Translations under genes and position numbers: made by a program
In this document: one piece after another, positions 53,023 through 64,000 of the stretch
Position numbering within the stretch: the stretch's first letter is position 1
Layout: each line of letters opens with the position of its first letter
Source: the human T2T-CHM13v2.0 reference genome, Homo sapiens
Direction: 5' to 3' (one strand)
Assembly (NCBI RefSeq): GCF_009914755.1
Contig: NC_060929.1
Length of the DNA: 64,000 nucleotides
The notes under the pieces: model-generated
Seen by the model: the letters and a program-made list of their open reading frames with translations, nothing else
Told to the model about the DNA's origin: nothing
Database searches by the model: none

Positions 53023-54547
53023 ACAGAACTAGAAAAAACTTTTTAAAATTCATATGGAACCAAAAAGAGCCCGAATAGCCAAGGCAATTCTAATAAAAAA
53101 TAACAAAGCTGGAGGCATCACCTTGCCCAACTTCAAACTATAATACAAGGATACAGTAACCATAACAGCATGGTACTGGTACAGGAACAGCCAGATAGAC
53201 CAATGGATCAGAATAGAGAGCTCAGAAATAAAACTGCACACCTAGGACCATCTGATCTCCGACAAAGCTAAAGAAAAGCAATGGAGAAAACACTCCCTAT
53301 TCAATAAATGGTGCTGGGATAACTGGCTACCCATATGCAGAAGATTGAAGCTGGACCCCTTCCTTTCACCATACACACAAAAAAATTCAAGATGGATTAA
53401 AGACTTAAATATAAAACCCAAAACTATAGAAACCCTGGAAGATGACCTAGGCAATCCCATCCTGAACATAGCAACAGGCAAAGATTCATGACAAAGACAC
53501 CAAAAGCAATCACAATAAAAGCAAAAATTGACAAGTGGGATCTAAATAAACTTAAAAGCTTCTGCACAGCCAAAGAAACTATCAACAGAGTTAAACAGAC
53601 AACCTACAGAATGGGAGAAAATATTTGCAAACTATATATCTGGCAAAGGTCAAATATCCTGCATCTATAAGGAACTTAAACAAATTTAGAAGAGGAAAAC
53701 AAACAACCCCATTAAAAGGTGGGCAAAAGACATGAACAGACACTTTTCAAAAGAAGACATACATGCGGCCAACAAGCATATGAAAAAACCCTTAATAACA
53801 CTGATTATTAGAGAAATGCAAATCAAAACCACAAGATACCATCTCATACCAGTCATAATGGCTATTATTAAAAAGACAAAAAATAACAGATGCTAGCAAG
53901 GTTGTAGAGAAAAGGGAACACTTACAAACTTTTGGTGGGAGTGTAAATTAGTTCAACCATTGTGGAAAGCAGTGTGGCAATTCCTCAAAGAGCTAAGAGC
54001 AGAACTACCGTTTGACCATGCAATCCTATTACTGGGCATATTCCCAGAGGAATATAAATCATTCTACCATAAAGATACAGGCAAACGAATGTTCATTCCA
54101 GCACTATTAACAATAGTAACGACATGGAATCAACCTAGATACCCATCAGTCACAGATTAGACAAAGAGAATGAGGTAAATTTACACCAAGGAATACCATG
54201 CAGCCATAAAAAAGAATGAGATCATGTCTTTTAACATGGATAGACCTGGAGGCTATTATCCTTAGCAAATTAACACAGAAACAGAAAACCAAATACTGCA
54301 TGTTCTCACTTATAAGTGGGAGCTAAATGATGAGAACTCAGGCACACAAAGAAGGAAACAACAGACATTGGGGTCTACTTGATCAGGGAGGGTGGGAAGA
54401 AGGAGAGGAGCAGAAAAGATAACTATTAGGCTTTGGGCTTAATACCCGGGTGATGAAATAATATGTACAACCAACCCCTGTGACATGAGTCTACCCATAT
54501 AACAAACCTTCACATGTACCCCCAAACCTAAAATAAAAATTAAAAAA
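53023..54547 (+). mobile_element. 5'-truncated old L1PA (PA13-16-like) LINE, ~1.5 kb
   Basis: aaattcatatggaaccaaaaagagcccgaatagcc...; decayed ORF2 C-terminus and 3'UTR; TSD agaa(g/c)ctgtgaaat at 53009 and 54548. Confidence 0.92.
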
Positions 54548-54873
54548 AGAACCTGTGAAATGTTTACATATTTCATATTTGACTGTGGACAAACTGCTAC
54601 TCTGCTATACTTTATTTTTAAAGTTGTATTGTAAAGTTGTACTACGTTCCCCATAAAGCAAACTATCCAAGATACAGTCCAGCAGAGTGCTTAATGGCCA
54701 TAGGCTTTGGTGTCCGGAAGTCTAGGTTGGAGCACTGGCTCTGCAACAGTGTGCAGGTGATTTTCTCTCTGCAAGCCTCAGCCCAACTAACCAGGTGTGT
54801 AATTGTTTTCCCCTCCATGGATGCCTTGTAAATCTTATTTTCTAATAACTGAATAATGACTGAATATGGTTAA

Positions 54874-55190
<317 letters not shown>

Positions 55191-57367
55191 ATCATCTAGA
55201 TTTTAAATGCCAAAGTGATAATATGGAGCAGATAGAATAAGATCCAGAAATAAACAAATACCCAAGTGATACTTTCATTATTGCTTTCTTTCCTAGGTAC
55301 CCTTGCTCCCCAGCATAACAACGTGCACACACAGTCGTAGCCCAGCCATGGTTCTTAGCATTGCAATTAGATCATCATCATCACTGAAGTCACATTCTCT
55401 AGTCACATTATACATAAAAATGTCAAAGAATCTTGCCCCCTCTTTTTTTGATGAGGGAGTAAACTAGGCAACTGTGAGGTTTTTACAACATAAAATTCTT
55501 TGTTAACTCTGTTGACATTTGGAAAAATGGCTTTATGCTGGCTTTACAGCAGCATAATCTCTATTTGTTTCTTTAAAAATGCTGTGATTAGTTACTGTCT
55601 TTTCCTTTAAAATAAACAATAGTGCTGCCAAAGGAAAAATGTATAACTGTTTGAAAGGAATACATTTTATGATTAACATATCTTTATATATAAACAAAAT
55701 AAAATATGACTTCTCTCTAGTTAAAATCATCTTCATAAACAAATACTTCAGGAATAGATTGTTAATTGGCAAGCTAATTGGATGCGGTACTTGTTCTGGG
55801 AGCATCTTTATTACTTCCATTACTCAAACTCCCTCCACCTGCAAACACAGTCACTACACACAGCGTACTCCTCATTATCACGATGGGATATAGATGATGA
55901 TTGAAGAAAATGTATGCATTTTTTTCATTAATGATTTTACTCCTCTCAAAGGGACTTTTAACTCTAAGTAAAGTCTGTTTATGAATTTCTGATAAAACCA
56001 AATTATTTTACATTATTAAATTTCATTTTCATAGAATCTCTTTTCTATATCTTTCTTAATGTACTTTTAGGCAAAGTCAAGTTATTTTTCAAAATTGGGT
56101 TTGGTTAGAATTTTGATCATTAAAAAGGATATTAAATTATTCTTCCTCCAGCTGGAAATCAAGCCCTCTATGGCACCCTAGAAGGAATCATCACTCAGTG
56201 AGGAGTGATGTCATAGGAGTGTTGAATAAATAAATGCTTAATGAATACATGAGTGAATATAAGAATGAACAAATCTATAAGGCAAACGAATTTTGATTCT
56301 TTCCTATCATTTAATAAGGCAAACTAATTTAACCAAAGGCAGAAATCAAATCTACTGGTGTGTTTCATGTATAACCACTATAGGTAGGTTTTGTCTTAAA
56401 AAATAGAAAAGCCCAAAATAAGACAGCTGATTCTCAAGCAAAGATGAGAACAAACACAAAGCCCTTCCAGAGCTACATGATGGAAACTGTGCGGAAAGTA
56501 AAGACTCCCTCTTCCAGTCACCAACACATGATACTTGGAGAAGAATGTACAAAAAACTGGGAAGCACTTCAGACAGACTGCCCAGCTCTATTTGCTAATA
56601 CCATTAATGATTAGTTCACATACCACCCTCCTATTTCTCAATCCCAAGGTTCACTCAGATGTCTACCCTAGTTTTCCCTCCTATTTTGCTTTTGATGTGG
56701 ATTGATTTGAATAAAACATTTAAGAAACACTAATTTAGAGTAAGAGCTAAATGTCTGTTTTTTAAATGGTGTCTTGGCTTAAAGATAGAAAAGCAGTCAT
56801 TAATTTTTTGTCCTAATAACTAAAAATGATGTCAAGCAGAGCAGATGGCAAGAAGAGTGCTTGTACAGCACTAAGCACCTCATGGTGCCGGATGACTCAA
56901 ACAAAGCACAGGTCAAGAAGCCCCTGGCCTGACCAACATTGGTCAGAGGAGTCCAGGAAAATACATTTCTTCTTCTTCTTCTTTTTTATTTTTTACATTT
57001 CTTCTTCTTTACATTAATGAATCAAATTTTCAATTGAAAAATTAATTAGCACACATAGTAAAATTTCCCCAAATTTAAAATGGTGAGTACTCAGCCCCCT
57101 TCTACCTCAGATTCCAAACGTGTAGCCACCTCTTCCTCAAAGCTAGCAACTTCTACCATCACCTTAAGTGCATACGCAGAAAGATGCTTTTGAGTGAAAC
57201 ATATTTATGTATGTACAGTCTTAGCATATTTTTCCATAACTGGGAACATTGTGCCTTAACTTTTCCACTTAAAAATACACCTTGACTACATCAATAATGA
57301 TGCAGCCATTCAAGAGAATAACTTTCTGCTGTAAGAAACATGAGAATGCAGATACATTGGAAAATAA

Positions 57368-57972
57368 CCAAAAGGTTAAACTTAGAGCTACCATTTGTCC
57401 CAGCAATTCCACTACTAGGAATATACCCAGAAGAAAGGAAAATATATGCACACACAAAATCTTTTGCATAAATGTTCATTGCAGCACATTTCAAAATAGC
57501 CAAAAAGTGAAACAACGCAAGTGTCTATCAACTGATGAATAAATAAGCAAAATGTGGTATATTCATATAATGGAATATTATTCGGTCCTAAAAAATGAAA
57601 TCTGATATATGCTACAACATGAATGAGACTTGAAAACATTATGCTAAGTGAAAGAAGCAAGTCACAAAAGACCTCATATTATATAATTCCATTTATATGA
57701 AACATTCAGAGTAGGCAAATTATAGAGGAAAAAAACGTAGATTAGCCGTTGCCTAGAGCTGTGGGGTGGAAGGGAGGCAGGTGATATGGAGCAGGTAATG
57801 GGGGAGATGGAGGGTGATAACTATAAGGTAAGGGGTTTCTTATAGTGGTAGTAAAATGTTCTACATTGATTTTGGTGACGGTTGCAAAAGTGTGTGAATA
57901 TACTAAAAATCACGAAATTATACACCCTGTATTGATGAAGAGTAGGGTATGTGAGTTATATCTCAACAAAGG
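57368..57972 (+). mobile_element. L1MB-type LINE 3' end
   Basis: cccagcaattccactactaggaatatacccag...gaaaacattatgctaagtgaaagaagc...gagttatatctcaacaaa. Confidence 0.85.
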
Positions 57973-59189
57973 TCTTCCAGAACAACACAAGAAGCTTCTC
58001 TATGTATTGACACACTGTCAAGTGCAAAATACAAACTGCAGAACAATGAATGTGCAGATTATACTTCTTTTTGTTTAAAAAGGGAGGAAGAGAATAGAAT
58101 TTATGTTTTCATTGCACTTACATAAACTCTAAGAGTATATACAAAGAAAACTAGTGAAAATGGATACATGGGAGTGTGCATATCTTCTTTTCAAAGTATA
58201 AAAATAATACAATAGTAAATGTCATCTGGAGATAGTGTCATACTAGAGAGGTCTTCCTCATAGATGCACAGTATTGTCTTATAGTTGTGCATCAGTTGTT
58301 CAATCAGCCATATACCGATTGACATTTAGGCTTTCTCCAGTGTTCTGTTACAAAAACTCCAGCAGAACATTTTTGTACATATATTTTTTGCACCTTTACA
58401 CAAGTACATAGAGTAAATGTTAAAAAATGAAGTTGCTAGATAAAAGATAGACAAGAAATCCTTAAAGTAATGCAGCTAAAGAATATCCCTTAAATTTGTT
58501 GACAAGTATAGTAGCTGTAACCCCAGTAGTATTTTATTGCAATTACTGAGCAAAATACACTTTCTTTCTGATAAGAATAAATGAAAACAGGATTTCCCCA
58601 TTCTCTGTAGTTAGAGCATTAAAAAGGAAGCACAATAACTTCCTTTTAAAAGAAAGTCAGACAAAAACCAAATGGTTTATTCTATGTAAGCTCTGGAAGT
58701 TGAGAAAGAGAAGCCTCCTTTTAATAGGCATGAATTTGTTTGAATTCATTATGTGGCTTCTCGAGTGCTCTGCAGATTTAAAATGACCTTTCAGCCTCAA
58801 AGTGGGAGTCTCAGAGCAAAAGGATGAAGAGAATCTGTTTCAATTAAGATAAACATCAACTACCAAGCCCCAATTATACCATTTGAATTTGAAAAAGGCA
58901 AAACTGTTGTCAAAAAAAATTGGAAAGCATCAGGACAGCAGTAAACCTGGTAAAATTTAATTGCATCACGTTTTGATGATGTTACTGAGTGTTCATGGAA
59001 CGTAGGGCTATGTTTGGATGCATTCCTCCTTTTCCTTCCCTCCACTCTCCCTGGCTCATTTTGGAGTTGTTTTTGAGTGATTCTATTTAGCTGCATTGGC
59101 ATCTTTACTTAAATGGACATATCTGTGCAGAGAAAACCCTGTTATTCATTATGGTCAAAGAATGGTAGATATTAACTAACAACTACGTA

Positions 59190-59393
59190 AATATACTAAA
59201 AATCAATACATTATATAACCTCTATAGATGAAAAGTATGGCATACGAGTTATATCTCAATAAAGTTCTTCCAGAGCAACACAAGTAGCTTCTCTTTGTAT
59301 CAACATACTGTCAAGTGCAAAATACAAACTGCAGAACAATGAATGTGCAGATTATGCTCCATTTTGTATAAAGAGGGGGGATGAGCATAGAAT
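59190..59393 (+). repeat. Diverged direct copy of 57897-58100 (local duplication)
   Basis: Colinear over ~200 bp at offset 1293, with a 49-bp identical core. Confidence 0.9.
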
Positions 59394-60603
59394 AATAAAG
59401 TGATACATACGTCTTTAATAAATGTTATGATGTTGAAATAACTACAATGCAATACATTTCATACTAAATAAAAATCGTATTTAGTTACTTTTGGTTGTTA
59501 TTGTTGCTTTTGTCATGATTTTGCTGTTTTGTGACCAAAAATATACTTGAGAACTTGCATACATGAGGAAAATGATCGTGGCAATGATGTGTGATGGGTT
59601 TCAGTTCATACAGGCCAAACTGTGTTTGCTGTTTGAAGCTGATGGAACCCATTCATAAACTCCTTAAGGGTGGCCAGGAAAAAGAACACCACATACATCC
59701 TGAGCAGTCTTTCCAGTAAGAATATCAGTACCTGGCCTTTGATATGTGTGGCTGTCATGCTCATCCCTACTGCAGTTTGGGGAACCACGGCTTACATCTG
59801 TCTTTTGCATCAACCATGTCATTCATCCAGCAGGCACATCCTATTACCAGCTGAAGGCCAATATTACATTCTTTGGGAAAACTATTCCAACCATTTGGTA
59901 GAATTTTTTTTTACTCACATATATCTACTATCCAATTACATTTAGAACTCAGATCAGAGGCAAATTTAGCTCAGAGAGGCATTAGAACACTGAAATCTAT
60001 GCACTTATGGCAAGAGAGAATTCAGCGAGGGTTGCCTGGTGTGTCACTTGCTACTTAAAGTCAAAGTGAGATCTTACACCTAATAAAAATGCTCTTGTAG
60101 TTTAGCAAGTCAAACTCTTGGGAGGGTCTTAAACTTTGTGTAAAGAGAAGGGATTTACAGCAGCAGAACATTTTCAAGGGCACTTTTATGTCAGAAGCCT
60201 TTCCTTTTTTCCTAGGTGAAGTCCACTCTCTCTGACCTCGGCTCACCAAGGCCCCTGGGAAGACAGGCTAGCAACAGAAATCAGGTCAGATATGTACAGA
60301 AAACACCCCAGTCAAAGACAAACACTGGAGACTTGTAGGTAGGAAACCCATCATTTCACGTTGTCCAACTTTTCACTGGAAATCTATACATGAGTGCCAT
60401 ATAAATTTAAGTTCTTAAGACAGCAATCTTTCACTTCTTTTCCTTTTTAAGTGATTGAAAAAGATAGCCTTTCTGCTCCTCATATCTGCTGGATATTCAA
60501 GACCTTTGTACCTGCTATAATCCCCTTCTCCCCAATGTTTGTTTGACTGGTTCTTTCAGTTCTCAACTTCCCTGACCACTCCAACTAAAGTACATCTCTA
60601 GGA

Positions 60604-60668
60604 CACACAGCCACAAAGAGACACACAGACACAGACACACACCCATACACAGACATACACAAACACAC
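60604..60668. repeat. Degenerate (CA/CAGA)n repeat within L2-like fragments
   Basis: acacacagacacagacacacacccatacac. Confidence 0.75.
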
Positions 60669-61002
60669 TGTTTAACTCGGTCCCTCCTGTGTTCTCTTCA
60701 CTGGACTTAAAACACAATTAGGAATAATTTTATTTAGTGAATTTGTTTTGCTTGGTAAGCTCCAGGAAGGGAGGGAGGCACCATTGCATCTCCAGAGCCT
60801 AGCACAGAAAGGAGATAAAATATGTATTTTTTCTGTATAGAAACTACCCTAAATAAAACTGTAGAAAATTATTCTAAATAAGAATCTTGCTGTTGAACTA
60901 TTTTATATATAAAAGTATATTTATTTCTTATCTTCTTGTATCATCTTTGTAGGCTACTATTAAAATATAATTTACATATCTCTAAGAACTGAGATACATT
61001 GT

Positions 61003-61105
61003 TATATCAGTTAGAAATATATATCATATATTATATATCATATAGATAACATATATATAATCATATATCATATCATATATAGATATATATATCAGTTAGA
61101 AATAT
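61003..61105. repeat. AT-rich (ATATC-like) low-complexity tract bounded by an 18-bp direct repeat
   Basis: tatatcagttagaaatat at 61003 and 61088. Confidence 0.85.
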
Positions 61106-64000
61106 CAGACATTTCAGTTTAGAAATAGCATATTTCTAAATAATATACAATTTAGAATATAAGATATATATATTTTAAGAAGACTATGTCAAAGAAGTTT
61201 CAAGGCCAGATTTAGTTAGAAGTGATACTGATTTTTTTCCACATTCATGTGACTTTAACAGAATAATAAATTTAGATTAAATCTAATTCATACTTTTGTT
61301 AATTTTCAAATTAAGGAAAAATTAAGTTTTACCTAGAACTGTTAAGACATTTTCAGTAAACTTTCCATTATCATTTCACTTGTGAGAGATCATATACATG
61401 TCATATCATACACCATTTTGTAAATGGTTAAAATTCTTACATTCTCAAACAGTAACTTGTTTTAAGACTAACATGAAAACACAAACATAAACAAGAAAAT
61501 ATTAATAGGAGTTTTTCCCTTCTAATAATAAACTGGCTAGCATTTTTTTTGGTTTGCTGTGTCCCTACCATTACTTCAAGCACTTTCCATGTATTATTTC
61601 ACTTAACATTCACAGAAACCCTATGGGTAGCTTTTCCCCCTTGTCCAAAATCACCCAGCATGTAAAAGAAGATGAGTTCCAAATTCATTTGACTTCAGAA
61701 TCCACCCCCATCTCTCCAGTACATATTGTTGGCAATTCCAAACTGCCCTGGAATTTTAATAGCTCAGCTCTATGTTTTCCTACAGCCTAACAAAATAGAA
61801 ATACTTTGAATGAAGTTAAGCACATAAGGTCTGACTTCGAAATGATACCAAGGTTTAAAACTAGCCATTAACTTTTACATGGAACAAAAAGGAATATTTA
61901 TAAAGCCATACAGAACATGGCCATCTGGCCTACTCCTGATGCAAGAAGCTGAAACATGCTTCTGAAAACTAAGTGCTTTTTATTTCTTTCTTTAGAATTG
62001 TTAAAAGTTTCTTGGATAACTGAGAAAAAAAAGAACCTACTTTCTCTTGAGGATGCCAGAGTAAGTATCTTTCATGTAGCATTAATGTTCTATTTACCCA
62101 TCAAAAACAAGGGTTAAAAGCAACGGTTACACAGAGTCCCTCCCCAAGCCTCTCATATATAATCAGAAATATCCTAAGGGACCAATTATTTTCTATTACT
62201 CCTATTAGTCAGAAATTCACATATTGCAAATAATAATTTCTTCTCTCCGTCGGTCTGAATGAATTTATTCAGGATGTTATACTAAATTAGAAACTGTGAG
62301 GATTATGACCAAACAAGTTTCCATGAATTTAACATTTTTTTCTACAAAACTTTATAGGATTTCACAAATTCCAGCATCAGTTGATACACAAGGGACTCCC
62401 CTTTCTATTATCTGACTACCTGAATCTACCCTGTCTTAGCCAAAATAGATTATCTGTTACTCCTTTAAAAAGATTGTCCTGAGAGTCTTTTTTTCTTTTT
62501 CTCCCCAAGTTGGTTCCCATTCTGAATTTGGACACTAACGAACATAGAAATCAAAGACTGTAAAGCAACTATTTATTCAGAAACATTTCAGAAGACACTA
62601 AGGTTTTTATTTAGTATTCAATTAAGACTTGCCTCGAAGGCTGGGACTTCTTTATGTGAATTTGAAATTTACAGGGTATGTCACACCTACGCTATATTTA
62701 GGATGCAACTGAGTGAAGATGAAATGCCTAAAGCAATTGGCACCAAGGGAATTTGGTACTTTAAACATTTTGGAAAGCCCAAGATTGCATGTGTAGTTAC
62801 ATTTCCTATATTCTTTCTCTATCTCTTTTATACACTTAACACACAAATGGCATGAATTACGAAAGCAAATGTGTTTGGCACTTTGAACAAATTATCCATC
62901 TTATTGAAGTAAGTTAGCTAAAACTTTTCTTTGTGTATTGGAAATTTAGACAATTGTTTGACTATTAAGAAATGATCCATGGGAAATTTGAAAGATAAAC
63001 TTCTGTACTTTATTCAGGAAATTACTAACAATTTATAAGAAAGTCAAATCGTCAATATAACAGAAACAGTGAAAAACCAAAAAAAACAAAGCTTCAAAAA
63101 AGCTAATTACTTAAGGAGGGATGACCAAGCATATAAAGCTAAGAGAAGGGAGAGGTTCAAATTAGAAATTAATTTAGAATTCAATTAAAATCTTACAAGT
63201 AACGTTTATAAAGCTTACAAACAAAATCTTACAGTTTTTCCCGATTACTGGTTAAAGTTTATAAAAATCATTTATGGAATTTCCCACAATATACACCAAA
63301 AAAAAAAAAAAGCAGAGGATAGTAAATGGGATGGGTTTTAAAGTCAGACTAAGTTCAAAACTAGCCATATAGAACTGGAGCTGCTGTAACTGCACACAAA
63401 TGGTATAGTAGTCCAGATGTATGACTGGCAGTCATAGAATAATGTGGTTCATTGTGAAAGTCAGATAATAATTTGATATTTTGTTGTAAACAGGTTTTCC
63501 ATTCTTGCATGGTGCCCTTTTATGGCAGTTGTAATCCTTAAGGGCAGGCCTTTTAACTGAACTACACTAGGACATAAATGCCATTTCCTTCTGATTTCCT
63601 GCATTGAATCTGGTCTTTGATAATCCATTCGAAAGTTTTTGTTAGATCCCTATTTGATGTAATGGCCTTACTTATTAATGCAGTTATAGCCAGGGATTAT
63701 GCACAGTAACAAAGGAATATATAACAGCACTCAAGCATAGTAATAGTAAAATGAGTTTATTTAGAGAGCTGACAAACAAGCTAGTAGCAGTTATTTATAG
63801 AAAGAAAAAGTTTATTTCTCTTATTAGTGAAATAGAGCCTCAAGCATTCAAAAAATATTTTAACTAGGGCCTATAAAAATAAAGGTCTCCCGAAGATTAT
63901 CTGTAAAGACAGATTTTGGCAACAAGTGAAATAATGCCTTATATTCATTTTATGAGTTAATTTTGTATAAAATTCACTTTTTTCCAACTATTTTTTCCTG

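Noticed and set aside
56189-56210. Short hairpins (catcactc..gagtgatg; also ctgaccaa..ttggtcag near 56930)
   Set aside because: 8-bp stems are expected by chance in 64 kb

Overview
Primate, most likely human, genomic DNA. It is AT-rich, CpG-depleted and dense in Alu, L1, MIR, L2, MaLR and hAT repeats. The window lies inside the PDE4D gene, which is transcribed on the minus strand. Only one coding exon is supported: 18152-18343 (-), 192 nt, with canonical AG/GT sites. It encodes [63 protein letters not shown](I), the first exon shared by PDE4D long isoforms, which starts UCR1 and carries the PKA site RRESF. Everything else is intronic, and the other ORFs in the track are artefacts of repeats. 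I found no evidence of a new gene or a multi-gene system. The most unusual structures are (1) a 30-bp minisatellite at 2547-3092 whose units each carry a CACGTG E-box, a TACGTG HIF-type site and an 18-bp palindrome; (2) a long inverted repeat with unique-sequence arms at 46830-47146; (3) an old twin-primed (5'-inverted) L1 with its TSD preserved; (4) a ~200-bp local duplication at 57897/59190; and (5) several rearranged transposon fossils. Repeat subfamily calls and many repeat boundaries are made by eye and are approximate.
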